A stretch of DNA of 64,000 nt from an uncultured Phycisphaerales bacterium (GTDB lineage: Bacteria; Planctomycetota; Phycisphaerae; Tepidisphaerales; Tepidisphaeraceae), in the NCBI GenBank assembly GCA_963818385.1, contig CAWFRU010000004.1, positions 513,911 through 577,910 on the forward strand, read 5' to 3'. Of this stretch, positions 50,672-60,870 are shown one piece after another (within the stretch, counting starts at the first letter, position 1; each line of letters opens with the position of its first letter). Below the pieces are notes generated by a model, which worked only from the letters and a program-made list of their open reading frames with translations, did not search any database and was not told the origin of the DNA. The position numbers and the translations under genes are program-made.

Positions 50672-52112
50672 ATGAAGCGGGCTGATGAGATTTGGAAACT
50701 GAGTGTGGCGCTGATAGTGATCTTGGCCGCCCCGCTGGGGCTTGCCCGCGCGGATGATGAGGCAGGGACCGTCAAGAAGATGTATGAGTTTGCGAAGCCG
50801 TCTCTCGTCGCGGTGAAATATACCTGGGAGAACGAGCTGGGGTCGCAGGAATTGTCGGCGGCGGGAGTTATCGTGCGGGAGGATGGGCTCGTGGCTTTTT
50901 CGATTGAGATTATGCCGCCGGCGCTGGTGCCGAACGATCAGATCAAGCGGTTTAAGATCATTGTGCCGAGCGATACGCAGGACGAGACGGAGATTGATGG
51001 GACGTTTCAGGGGAGGGATGAGAGGTCGGACCTGGCGTTTGTGAAGCCGGAGAATCCGGTGAAGTGGCAGGCGATTAAGTTTGTGGGGGAGACGCCGGTG
51101 GTTGGAGACCGGCTTTATTCGGTGGGGATGCTGCCGAAGTCGGCGGGGTATAAGTCTTGGGTGACGACGGCGACGGATGGCGACGGTTTTGCGCGGGCCG
51201 GTGCCGCAGATTTTGGTTTCGGGGGAATTGGCGGGGACTGGCGCCGTTGTGCTGGATGGGGAGGGACAGGCGATCGGGCTGGTGCATCCGCGGGCACTGG
51301 CGGATGCGCTGTTGGATAATCCGGAGAATCCGGAGGACATGCCGATGGTGAACAATCCGCCGCGGATGTATATCCCGGCGAGCGATTTCCTTCCCAGCAT
51401 CGAGGCCCCCCCTACTCCGGATCATCCGCTGGTGATTCCGTGGATCGGGTGCCAGATGATTGGGCTGGAGAAAGAGGAGGCGGAGTATTTTGGGCTCAAG
51501 AATGTGCCGTCGGTTTCGATCGCGGATGTGATCCCGGATTCACCGGCGGCGAAGGCAGGGTTGACGAAGCTGGACATTATCACGCAGATCGACGGGAAGC
51601 CGATCGAGCGCGGGGATTTGCCGGTGGAGCTGCCGGAGATTGTGACGCGGAAGATTCAGCGGATGAACGTGGGAGATAAGGTGACGTTTACGGTGACGCG
51701 GGGGAAGGGAGATGCGCCGCGGCAGATTGTGTTGACGCTGGAGGCTCGGCCGAAGGAGCCGCAGGAAGTGCGGCGGTTTTATGCGCGGGAGCTGGGGTTT
51801 GTGGTGAGAGAGGTGACGTTTGGGGATACGTATTACCGGCATATCCCGGCGGATACGGAAGGGGTGGTGGTAGCGCTGCTTCGGCCGCAGGCGGCGGCGC
51901 AGGCGGCACAGCTTGGGATGAACGATTTGATTACGCAGATGAATGGGAAGCCGGTGTCGGGGTTGGATGAATTTAAAAAAGATTATTTGGATTTTCGGAA
52001 GGATCATGCGGATGAGCCGGTGGTGCTGGAGGTGACGAGGTTGGATGGGAAACAGCAGACGGTGAATATTCAGCCGCCGCAGGAGAATGCGAACCCTGGG
52101 GCGGGAGGATGA
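50672..52112 (+). CDS. HtrA-like protein with two PDZ domains but no catalytic His or Ser (pseudo-protease), one frameshift near 51175
   Basis: Signal peptide present. The His context reads GLVAFSIEIM, the Asp context RSDLAFV is kept, and the Ser context reads GELAGTGAVVLD instead of GNSGG. The PDZ motifs are IADVIPDSPAAKAGL and LGMNDLITQMNGKPV. Confidence 0.7.
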
Positions 52113-52166
52113 GGGATTTTGTGCGATTGAAAGATCTATATGGTTTGGGAGCGTTGAGGGCGTTAA

Positions 52167-52296
52167 GGAGAGAAGAATTTTTATCGGTTATGGTTTGTGT
52201 GACGAGAAGAGGCGGTCACTCGAATATAACAGGCGGTTTCGCCGCGATAACACATGGCTGGCCGGGTGACGTTCGGGGCGGCCTAGAGGTGTTGGG
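52167..52296 (+). repeat. R130 repeat copy C
   Basis: Same conserved core as copies A and B. Confidence 0.8.
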
Positions 52297-52322
52297 CGGA
52301 GTACTGTATCCATTGTAAGAGC

Positions 52323-54071
52323 TTGGCGCTATGGGATTCCGCCGGTGAGGACACCGGCGGCACTTGGGGAGTGTTGGGCGATCGCATGTGGTCTCGGAAT
52401 TTTTCACGGCCCTCACCCCAGCCCTCTCCCGGAGTACCGGGCGAGGGGGTAAGAGGGGGCTGGCGGGAGTTGGTTTGGGTGGGGGTGATTGGGGTGGGGG
52501 TGGCGATCTTTTATTCTGTCGCGGCCTGGAATAATCAGTTTGTCTTTGATGATCATATTGTGATTGAGGGGTTGCCGGCGAAGGTGAGTGGACGGGAATT
52601 GGCGGGGTTGTTTGGGGAGCCGCATTATTTGAATTTTTTGTATTACCGGCCGGTGACTCGGGCGACGCTGGCGATTCAGCGCGGGGTTTGGGGGATCCAG
52701 CCGCGGGCGTTTCATGTTTTTAATGCGGGGTTGGCGGGGTTCGTGTTTATTGCAGTTTATCTGCTGCTTAGGAGCGGGGAGTTTGGGATTGGAGCGTTGG
52801 CGGCGGGGCTGGGAGCGCTTTGGGTGGCGGTGCATCCGGCGACGAGCGAGTGTGTTTATCCGGCGGCTTCGGGGAGGGAATCGCTGATGCCGATGTTTTT
52901 TATTCCGCTGGGGATGTGGATGTATTTGAAAAACGGATGGGGATGGTTTGCGGGGGCGATGTTTGTTTTTGTGCTGGGGTTGCTTTCGAAGGAGCAGGCG
53001 GTGGTTTTGGGGGGAATGTTTTTTGTGGGGGATTTGATTTGGCGACGAGATAGAGCGATGGTTCGATGGGCTATCGTCGTTGCTGTTTTGGCGGGGTATT
53101 TTGTTTTGCGGCATTTTATTTTTTCGGGAAGGTCGATTCATCTGGATTTTTGGGAGCATCCGGGGGAGGTGGGGTTGTCGATTTTGTATGGGGTGCAGAC
53201 GGTGGTGTTGCCGTTTGGGGAATTACGGTATGAGCCGCCATTTGAGGTTTGGTTTTCGGGGTGGAGGGTGGTTGTGGCGGGGATTTTTTTGGTTGGGGTG
53301 GTTGTGGCGGTCTGGAAGGTGGGGATTTGGCGGGCGGGAGTTTTCTGGGGAGCGTGGTTCGTCTTGATGCAGCTTCCGACGGCGCATCTAGTCGCGGAAC
53401 AGGAGGCGGGGTATTCGGAGAGGTATGTGGCGCTGGCGGGAGTGGGGTTTGCGGCGGTGGTTGCGGGGGTGGTGTCGCGGGTTAAGAAGCCGAGGGTGAT
53501 CGGGGCTTGTGCGGCAACGGCGGTCTTGTGGGTTTTGGGGATGGGGGTGATTTCGTTTGGGAGGGGGCAATATTATTCCGATGATTTTGCGTTTGATGGG
53601 CAGTGGGAACGGACGAATCCGAAATCCTCCGTGGCGCATTCGGGGCTGGGAGTGGCGTATGAAAAGATGGGGGAGACGGACAACGCGGTCGCGGAATATG
53701 AGGCGGCGCTGGCGTGTAGTCCGGGGGACTGGACGGCGAACGATAATTTGGGCGTGATCCTTTTGCACCGGGGGGATTACTGGGAGGCGGAGAAACATCT
53801 GCGGGTGGATATCGAGGCGGAGATTCATGATCCGCAGATCATGGTGAATTATGGGATCGCGCTGGAGATGCTGGGGGTGCAACAGAAGAATGCCGGGTTT
53901 CGAGATGCGGGGAAGTCTTGGTTTGAGGCGGTGATTAAGAGCAATCCAGGGGATGCGAATGCGCATTTTGAGCTGGGGATGTGGGAGCGGAGGTTTGGGG
54001 ATAAGAAAATCGCTGAGGTGGAGTTGGGGAGGGCGTATGAGTTGGATCCGGGGTTGAGGGGGCTCAAGTAG
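52323..54071 (+). CDS. polytopic membrane protein with C-terminal TPRs (TMTC/PMT_2-like glycosyltransferase, DUF1736-type)
   Basis: NNQFVFDDHIVI, YYRPVT, LLSKEQAVV and multiple TM segments, then TPRs (..GLGVAYEKMGETDNAVAEYEAAL..). The first 40 or so codons are translations of repeats A4 and C7, so the real start is probably after 52450. Confidence 0.6.
   Translation: MALWDSAGEDTGGTWGVLGDRMWSRNFSRPSPQPSPGVPGEGVRGGWRELVWVGVIGVGVAIFYSVAAWNNQFVFDDHIVIEGLPAKVSGRELAGLFGEPHYLNFLYYRPVTRATLAIQRGVWGIQPRAFHVFNAGLAGFVFIAVYLLLRSGEFGIGALAAGLGALWVAVHPATSECVYPAASGRESLMPMFFIPLGMWMYLKNGWGWFAGAMFVFVLGLLSKEQAVVLGGMFFVGDLIWRRDRAMVRWAIVVAVLAGYFVLRHFIFSGRSIHLDFWEHPGEVGLSILYGVQTVVLPFGELRYEPPFEVWFSGWRVVVAGIFLVGVVVAVWKVGIWRAGVFWGAWFVLMQLPTAHLVAEQEAGYSERYVALAGVGFAAVVAGVVSRVKKPRVIGACAATAVLWVLGMGVISFGRGQYYSDDFAFDGQWERTNPKSSVAHSGLGVAYEKMGETDNAVAEYEAALACSPGDWTANDNLGVILLHRGDYWEAEKHLRVDIEAEIHDPQIMVNYGIALEMLGVQQKNAGFRDAGKSWFEAVIKSNPGDANAHFELGMWERRFGDKKIAEVELGRAYELDPGLRGLK
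52339..52360 (+). repeat. hairpin repeat family A, copy A4
   Basis: ccgccggtgaggacaccggcgg (one loop substitution). Confidence 0.85.
52410..52449 (+). repeat. hairpin repeat family C variant, copy C7
   Basis: ccctcaccccagccctctcccggagtaccgggcgaggggg. Confidence 0.8.
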
Positions 54072-54141
54072 TTGCGAGTTGCGAGTTGCGAGCAAAGGCA
54101 AATGCATTTAACTCGCAACGCGCAACTTGCAACTCGCAACT
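54070..54141. terminator. long palindrome P2 (gttgcgag octamers) filling the whole spacer between convergent stop codons; candidate bidirectional terminator
   Basis: The left arm (gttgcgag x3, 54071..54092) and the right arm ctcgcaacgcgcaacttgcaactcgcaac (54112..54140) are separated by the loop caaaggcaaaTGCATTTaa. The flanking stop codons are at 54069..54071 (+) and 54140..54142 (-). Confidence 0.6.
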
Positions 54142-54637
54142 AGTTTTTGGAGACGGTGTCTACGTCGATGCGGTAGACGCTTTGGATGTGGCCTGCGGAG
54201 GATTGGACGCCTACGTGGAGGGTGCCGATGACGTTTACGAAATCGCCGGTGGAGTCGGTGACGTTTTTGTTGGGGGGGACCGTGGCCTGGATGAAATGCT
54301 GGACTTTGGGGGGGCCGTTGAAGCAGCAGTTGGAGATGGAGTAAACGAGCGTGAATACGCGGACCTGTCCGTCGTCGGCGGCGTAGGGGTCGTACATCTG
54401 GCCGATGAGGAGGACTTTTTTTCCGTCGAGCTGTCGGTAGCGCTGGGGGATGTCGTTGTCGGTGCCGTTGTCCTGGTCCATCTCAAAGCTGGAGAGGGCC
54501 TTGAGGTCGACGACGAGGAGATTGCCCTGGTGGGTGATGCCACCGGTGAGCCAGATGTCGGCATACTCGAAAATGGGGTAGCCGAAGAGGAAGATTGCGG
54601 TGGCGATGAGGGCGAGGGTTCGCCAGGAGGGGATCAT
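54140..54637 (-). CDS. DUF3299-family protein (ZrgD-like)
   Basis: 165-aa intact ORF with an N-terminal TM helix. ..KKVLLIGQMYDPY...VFTLVYSISNCCFNGPPKVQHFI is the DUF3299 pattern. Its ATG overlaps the permease stop as ATGA at 54634..54637. Confidence 0.6.
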   Translation of the reverse strand: MIPSWRTLALIATAIFLFGYPIFEYADIWLTGGITHQGNLLVVDLKALSSFEMDQDNGTDNDIPQRYRQLDGKKVLLIGQMYDPYAADDGQVRVFTLVYSISNCCFNGPPKVQHFIQATVPPNKNVTDSTGDFVNVIGTLHVGVQSSAGHIQSVYRIDVDTVSKN

Positions 54638-56087
54638 GTGGCTACCAGGTTGGTGGCGACGGGGGTGCGGTAGGCCTTGAGGGCGGGGACGAGGCCGGCG
54701 ATGGTGGCGAGGATGACGACGGCGATGACGTAATAAACTTCGTAGAGATATTCGACGGGGTTAAAGGCGAGGACTTCTCCGTAGTTTTGGAGCATGTACC
54801 AGGCGCCGGCGGCATTGACGGCGTGGCCGAGCGAAGAGGCCGAGGATGGAGCCGATGAGGGCGACGATGCCGGCTTCCAGGCAGATGAGAGTCAGAATGG
54901 TTTTGCGGGTGGCGCCAGGGCGCGGAGGATGGCGATTTCTTTCAGGCGGGCGGAGACGGAGTTGTAGATGCTGACGAGGATTCCGACGGCGGCGACGATG
55001 GTCACCAGCGAGCAGATGATGAGGAGGACGAGGCGGGTGGGCTTGAGGAAGGTGTCGAAGAACCCGCGCATGACGGAGGCGGGGTTGAAGGCCATGACGT
55101 CGGTGCCGTTGTTGAGGGCGTATTCGAGTTGCTGCTCGGTGTCGCCGCCGCGGGATTCGACCAGGATCGCGGAAACGGCGCGGATTTCGGGGGGGATTTT
55201 GAGATGGAAGGTTCCGTCCTTGGTGTTGAGGTCGTAATTGCTGTAGTGCGGAGATTCCGCTCTGCGTCCGGGGTGTGATCCATGGTTTCATCGGAATCGG
55301 GATCGAAGGCGGGGTGGCCACGCCGTTGCGGATGGCGGCTTGGGCGATGAGGCCGGCGCCGTGCTCGGCGATGGTGTAGAAGCTTTCGAGGGGGATATAG
55401 ACGCAGCGATCGATGGCGGTGTGGGTGGGGGCGAGAACGCCGACGATGGTCCAGATCCTGCATGTGAATATCAGGTGGGCGGCCGGGGACGGCGATGCCG
55501 TGGGTGGCCTGGAAGTCGCTGCCGATGGTTTTGCCGGTGAGGCGGGGGATTTCGCTGCCGACGACGGCTTCGAATTTATTATAGGCGAAGAGGTCTTCCC
55601 TGGGCGATCTGGAGCTTTTTGCCGGGGCGGTAGTCCAGCCAGTCTTCGTCGGGGAGCTGATTGCCGTTTTCGTCGTAGCCGAAAAAGATGGGTGGCGTGC
55701 CGACGATGCGGTAATGGCCGTTGAGTGTGTCGCCGACGCACGGTGGGGACGGCGACCTTGACGTATTTGAAATAATTGTCCGGGAGGATAGGGGACGCCC
55801 TTGGGGAGATGGGGATTTAGCAGGCGGGTGTACTGGTCGTAGGGGATGTTGCCGGGGCTGACGTCGAGGTGATAGATGGTGTTGAGGACCAGTTGCAAGG
55901 TGGAGCCTTTTTTCCCGATGATGGCGTCGTAGCCGTAATCGTTTTGGCCGAAGAGGGATTCGCTCTCGCGGCCGAGGACCATGATGGCGATGGCGAGGGC
56001 GACGCCGAGCATGACGGAGAGAGTGGTGAGCCAGGTGGAGAGGGCCCGCTGGCGCATTTGTTTGAGGACGAGTTGGAAATAATTCAT
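54634..56087 (-). pseudogene. FtsX/MacB-type ABC transporter permease, at least 6 frame changes
   Basis: Family-like segments are scattered over all three reverse frames. In order they are [33 protein letters not shown].., ..DNYFKYVKVAVPTV, GDTLNGHYRIVGTPPIFFGYDENG.., EDLFAYNKFEAVVGSEIPRLTG.., IWTIVGVLAPTHTAIDRCVYIPLESF.., ..IRAVSAILVESRGG..FLKPTRLVLLIICSLVTIVAAVGILVSIYNSVSARLKEIAILRAL, GATRKTILTLICLEAGIVALIGS and ..AFNPVEYLYEVYYVIAVVILATIAGLVPALKAYRTPVATNL. Confidence 0.7.
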
Positions 56088-56104
56088 GGTTGGTAACCCT
56101 TTTT

Positions 56105-56832
56105 TTAAGCGCGACGGCGATGGCGGTGGGCGTACATGGCCTGGTTGATTTCGGTCAGAGTGAGGACGCGCGGGAGCTGGCGGGCGATGTTGAGGTCGTG
56201 GCTGACCAGCAGCAGGGAGGATGCCGACTTCGGAGCAGAGACTGGCGGATCAGGTCCAGCACTTGCTGGGCGTTGGTGGCGTCGAGGGCGCCGGTGGGCT
56301 CATCGGCGAGGACGAGCTTGGGGCGATTGGCCAGAGCGCGGGCGACGGCGACGCGCTGCTGCTGGCCGACGGAGAGTTTTTGGGGGCTGATAGTTCAGGC
56401 GGTCGGCTGAGGCCGACTTCGTCGAGGAGATGCTCGGCCCAGTTTCGGTCGTGGGCGCGGCCGGTGAAGGTCATGCCGAGCAGGACGTTTTCCAGGGCGG
56501 TGAATCCGGGGAGAAGGTGGTGGGTTTGGAAGATGTAGCCGATGTTTCGGCCGCGGAAAATGTCGCGCTCGGCTTCGGAGAGGAGGGTGAGATCGATGGA
56601 CGTCGGGGGAGTCGGGGTTGGCGGGGTCGTAGCCGAAGACGACGTTGCCGCTGTCGGGGGTGAGGATTCCGGCGATCATGTGGAGGAGGGTGGTTTTTCC
56701 GGAGCCGCTGGTGCCGATGAGGGCGACCTGCTCGCGCGTCGGCGAGATAAAGTTCGGGGATGTCGATGACGGGGACGCGGTGCCGTCCGGGGCGAGGTAG
56801 GTTTTTTTTAGTTTATGGATGAGGAGGCCCAT
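56105..56832 (-). pseudogene. ABC transporter ATP-binding protein, about 6 frame changes
   Basis: Walker A IGTSGSGKTT, Q-loop ..IGYIFQTHHLLPGFTALENV, signature [15 protein letters not shown], Walker [13 protein letters not shown], and H-loop LLLVSHDL each lie in different reverse frames. The joins are near 56775, 56737, 56600, 56405, 56385 and 56245. Confidence 0.7.
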
Positions 56833-56915
56833 TGGAGGTCCTTGATTGATGATGGTGCGCGGCAATTTTTGCGCCGGGGTGCGGATTCAGTTGGAAAAGA
56901 TTGGATGGGGGAGGA

Positions 56916-57332
56916 TCAGAGCGTAGGCGGGGCGCGGGATTGTTCGGTGATCAGGGTTGTTGGCGTTGGTGATGACGGCGGATCGAGGGTGATACGGCCA
57001 GTTATCGACAGGGGAGAAATCGTGGGAGGGGCGGAGGAGTCAATCGTTGCGGCGGAGTGGATAGCGATGCAGATGGAGCAGGTGGCGGGGTTATGGATGG
57101 GGAAACGCTGGGGGAGTTTTCTCAAGGGGGAGTTGGCGGGGAGACGCGGAGCGGGAATGGCGTCTAGTTCGCGCTGAACCTCGGCGGCGTGGGCGCGGTC
57201 GAAGGGGCCGGTGCCAATCAAGAAGAAGATGGTGAGGAGGAATAGAGCGGGGTAACGAAGCACGCTTTGATATTGTTGTGAGGGGGAGGGGCGGAGGTCA
57301 AGGGGAGATAAGAGGTGGAAGTTGGGGTTCAA
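56916..57332 (-). CDS. hypothetical protein with N-terminal TM/signal anchor
   Basis: 138-aa ORF upstream of the ABC genes and overlapping the upstream gene's stop by 4 nt. No family recognised. Confidence 0.3.
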   Translation of the reverse strand: MNPNFHLLSPLDLRPSPSQQYQSVLRYPALFLLTIFFLIGTGPFDRAHAAEVQRELDAIPAPRLPANSPLRKLPQRFPIHNPATCSICIAIHSAATIDSSAPPTISPLSITGRITLDPPSSPTPTTLITEQSRAPPTL

Positions 57333-59607
57333 CCTCCGGTGTTGGTGTTGGTGGGTTTTCCGGCGCTTTCGGCGTAGAGGATCATGTGTTCCATGAGGGT
57401 GGTGGCGGAGTCGGGGTCGTAGCCGATGATTCCGTCGACGGGTTCACCGACCAGGCCGGCGGTGATGTCTTCGGGGCTGTAGAAGACAGCGATCCGACGG
57501 TTGATTTTGATGCCGCGGATTCGGGGGACGGTGAGATCGTCGGAGTTGAGGACGTGATGGGCGAAGGTGCGGTAGGCGACCTGGTCGATCTTGCTGCCGA
57601 TCTCGGTGTAGAGGATGTGGCCGGGGCGGAGGGGCTGGTCGAGTTGAGTCGCCTGGTCGAAGAAAGTGGTTTGGAGCTGGGGGAGGATGTCGTCGTTGAA
57701 GGTTTGGGAGCCACCAGCGGCGTCGATGATGAGGGTGCCGCCGTTTTCGACGAAGGAGTGGAGCTGAATCCACTGGTCGATGTTGAGCTTGACGTGTCCT
57801 GAGCCGGTGAGGACGGCGATTTTATAGTCGGTCATGTCGGTGGACTGGTCGAGCTTGAGGGGATCGACTTCGATGTCGAGCTGGTCGCGGTTGTGCATGA
57901 TGGCGGCCATGCGCTGCCAGGCGCCGGGTTCGGGGTCCCACATGCCGTCGTAGCGGATGCGGGCGATTTTCATGGAGCGGGTGGCCTGGATGCGGGAGCT
58001 GGGCTGGACGATGAAGGAGTCGCCTTTTTCGCGGATGTTTTGTTTATCGGAGGCGTAGAGGAGAAGGTCGGCGCCGAGCTCGAAGAGTTCTTCCTTGGAA
58101 GAGGTGAGTTGGGCTTGCCAGGCGCGGGAGGCGTCGGCTTTGGGGAGGAGGATCATGAGTTCGCGCACGCCGTTGGAGAGGCCCAGGACGGTGGGCGGGT
58201 TGGTCCAGTCGGAGGCGAGGAACTGCTCATTTTCGAGGATGCAGTGATCGATGGGGAGCTCGCGGAATTCGCCGATCTGGGGGAAGAGCTCGGCGGCGAG
58301 TTGCTTGACGGAAGCGGAGAAAGCGGTGCTGCCGCAGTCGGCGTTGAAGAGGACCATGCCCCCCTGCTGGATGAAGGTTTTGATTTTTTGCTTGTCGGAG
58401 TCGGCGAGGGTGAGGGCTTTGTCGCCGGTGATAAAGAGGATGGAGGCGTCGTGGAGGTCGGCGGGGTCGCCGCTGAGATTGACGACCTGCCAGTTGAGGA
58501 GGCGGTCGAGCTCGACCTGTTTTCCCATCCAGCGGTTGAAGTTGGCGAGGTCGCGCGGCGCTGGTTCCAGTCGGCCTGGACGGGGTGGTTGTCGGCAGAG
58601 TCTGGGTCGGGCGCGGTGAAATATTCGAGCTTGTTCATGCCAATGGGGGCGCGGCCTCGGGTGAGGAAGAGGATGGCGAAGGAGGTGTCGGCGACATTGG
58701 AATTCCAGGAGCCGTCGGGTTTTTGGATGCGGACAAGATAGTCTGCGCCCTGGGCGTACCAATCGGTGGTGCCGAAGAATTTTCGTCCGCAGGCGGCGCC
58801 GAGTTCTTCGATGGAGTAGAGGGTGTAATAGCGGTAGGCGGATTTGAAAACGTCAGCGTAGTGCTCGCCGAGCCAACTTAGGCCGCGGTCGATGTCGGGG
58901 TCGGAGGAGTTGCCTTTGCAGGAGGGGCTGGTGCCCATGGCGAGAGCGTCCTGGGCGATGAAGAGGGTTGCGACACCGGCGGCGGTCATTGAAATGGTCT
59001 GGGCGAAGTCTTTATTGCGGCTGTAGTTCCAGCTACCGCCCTGCTGCTGGGCGGCGCGCAGCCGTCGCTGACGGTTTGCCAATAGGAGGTGGGGATTTCC
59101 ATTCCTTCTTCGGAGCAGGCCCAGACACCGAGAGGGCCGTACTGGCTGACGGCGTGGTCGGGGGGGGTCATGGGGGTGGCGAGATCGGCGTCGTACATGC
59201 CGTCCTGGGAGATGCCTTTCTGGAGGGTTTGGCCATCTTGGCGGAGGGCGGCTTTGATCTGATCGTTGGGCAGGAGCATTCGCCAGACCTGGCAGCGCAT
59301 ACCGAGGGTGAAGACGCTGGTGAAATTGGTGGATTGGAGATAGGTGATGGTAGCGGCCATTTTGGGGTTGTCGGGAGGTTCGCCGGCGACGAGGAGGGCG
59401 TAGGCGGCGGTGGAGGTGATGGCGCCGGGGGCGTTTTGGTCGGGAAAAGCGCGTTTCATTTTTTTGGAGACTTCCCAGTGCCCATCTTTCTGGTGGGCGA
59501 GAATATATTGCTCGGCCTTGTCGATGGCGTTTTGGACTTCGCCGGGGGTGGCGGCGCGTGCGAGAGGCGCAGATGAGGGCCAGGATGCAGAGGAATGCGG
59601 GACGCAT
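57329..59607 (-). CDS. secreted prenyltransferase/squalene-oxidase-repeat + DUF4159 protein, 3 frameshifts
   Basis: Starts with signal peptide MRPAFLCILALICAS. A shift near 59545 leads to ..GEVQNAIDKAEQYILAHQKDGHW.. (terpenoid-cyclase-like repeats, ORF 58986..59459). A shift near 59065 leads to ..GGSWNYSRNKDF..KPDGSWNS... A shift near 58565 leads to the DUF4159-like C-terminus (..ILFITGDKALTL..IQQGGMVLFNADCG.., ..VLTGSGHVKL..GGTLIIDAAGG). Confidence 0.6.
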
Positions 59608-59609
59608 TT

Positions 59610-60758
59610 TCAGTTTCCTCGCCAAAGGAGCAGCGGTCGCGAAGTAAAGAGCGCGGCGGCGGTTTTTGCGTCGATGGCTACGCCATTGAGGGATAGTCCG
59701 GCTTCGGAGCTGCTTGCCTGTCCGGTCGGCAAATTTGAGCGGGATGACAGCGTGTCGAAGAGGCTGACGTTTTTCTGATATTTGACGACGGACCAGGAGG
59801 TGAGTCCGGCGGTTTTGGCGGCGTAGTCGCAGGCGGCGTCGGGATAGCCGATCTGGTCGATGAGGCCGCGGGAGAGCGCGTCGGCGGCGATAAAGGCTTT
59901 GCCGCTGAAGACGTCATTCTGGATGTCGGTGAGTTTACCTTTGCGGCCGGTGAGGACGACGTGCTTGAATTGGGTGAAGATGCCGTCAACCAGGCCCTGG
60001 AGATAGGTTTCGTCGCGGGGGTCGGGGGGCTGGAACATGGAGCCGGCGTTTTTGAAGGAATGGCCGGTGGTGGTGGCGGTGAGGGTTGTTTCGTAGGCGC
60101 CGTATTTGTTAATGGTCTGGGCGAGGTTGAAGCGGGGGAAGAGGACGCCGATGTTTCCGGTGAGACAGCCGGGTTCGGCGAAGAGATAGTCACCGGCGGC
60201 GGAGACGTAGTAGCCGCCGCTGGTGGCCATGCCGCGCATGGCGATGATGACGGGGATTTTGTGGGTGGTCTTGAAGAGGTCGAGGCGGTGGTACATTTCG
60301 TCGGAAGCGGTGGCGGAGCCGCCTGGAGTGTTGACCGCGACGACGAGGGCTTTGACGGAGGCGTCTTTATCGACTTCCCTGAGGACGGTGTCGAAGGCGT
60401 CGGCGGAGGCGTCGTCGATGAGGCCGTCGATGGGGACAACCGCGACTTTGTCGGATCCGCCGGAGGTGAGGACGGTTTGCTTTACGTCGGAGAGGGTTAG
60501 GGCGAACTGGAAGAGATTTACGATGATGGAGATTCCGAGGGCGAGGAAAAGGAGGATAATGAGGGCCCACTTGGCGGTGCAGCGGCGGTGAGGGGGCATG
60601 GGGGAAGGCGGAGGGGGCGGAAACATCATGGGAGGCATTGGGATTCCGGGCGGGGGATAGCCGGGGGGCGTTCCCGCGGGCATTCCGGGGGACGGGGGCA
60701 TGGAGAAGAGACCGCGAGGATCAACGGGGGCCTGACCTGGCGGTAGGGGTTGTGTCAT
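59610..60758 (-). CDS. sppA: signal peptide peptidase SppA (S49, 36K type)
   Basis: Pro-rich N-terminus plus a TM helix, KVAVVPIDGLI, VNTPGGSATASDEMY, and MATSGGYYVSAAGDYLFAEPGCLTGNIGV. Intact 382 aa. Confidence 0.85.
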   Translation of the reverse strand: MTQPLPPGQAPVDPRGLFSMPPSPGMPAGTPPGYPPPGIPMPPMMFPPPPPSPMPPHRRCTAKWALIILLFLALGISIIVNLFQFALTLSDVKQTVLTSGGSDKVAVVPIDGLIDDASADAFDTVLREVDKDASVKALVVAVNTPGGSATASDEMYHRLDLFKTTHKIPVIIAMRGMATSGGYYVSAAGDYLFAEPGCLTGNIGVLFPRFNLAQTINKYGAYETTLTATTTGHSFKNAGSMFQPPDPRDETYLQGLVDGIFTQFKHVVLTGRKGKLTDIQNDVFSGKAFIAADALSRGLIDQIGYPDAACDYAAKTAGLTSWSVVKYQKNVSLFDTLSSRSNLPTGQASSSEAGLSLNGVAIDAKTAAALFTSRPLLLWRGN

Positions 60759-60787
60759 ATCGTTATAAATTTTAACACATGAAAGAG

Positions 60788-60867
60788 GAGTTGCGAGTTA
60801 CGAGTTGCGCGTTGCGAGTGAAATCCATTGCATTTTCACGCAACTCGCAACTCGTAACTCGCAACTT
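60788..60867. repeat. long palindrome P3 (gttgcgag-type octamers)
   Basis: The arms gagttgcgagttacgagttgcgcgttgcgag and gcaactcgcaactcgtaactcgcaactt enclose the loop tgaaatccatTGCATTTtcac. It lies between the pilT stop and the sppA start. Confidence 0.85.
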
Positions 60868-60870
60868 CCT

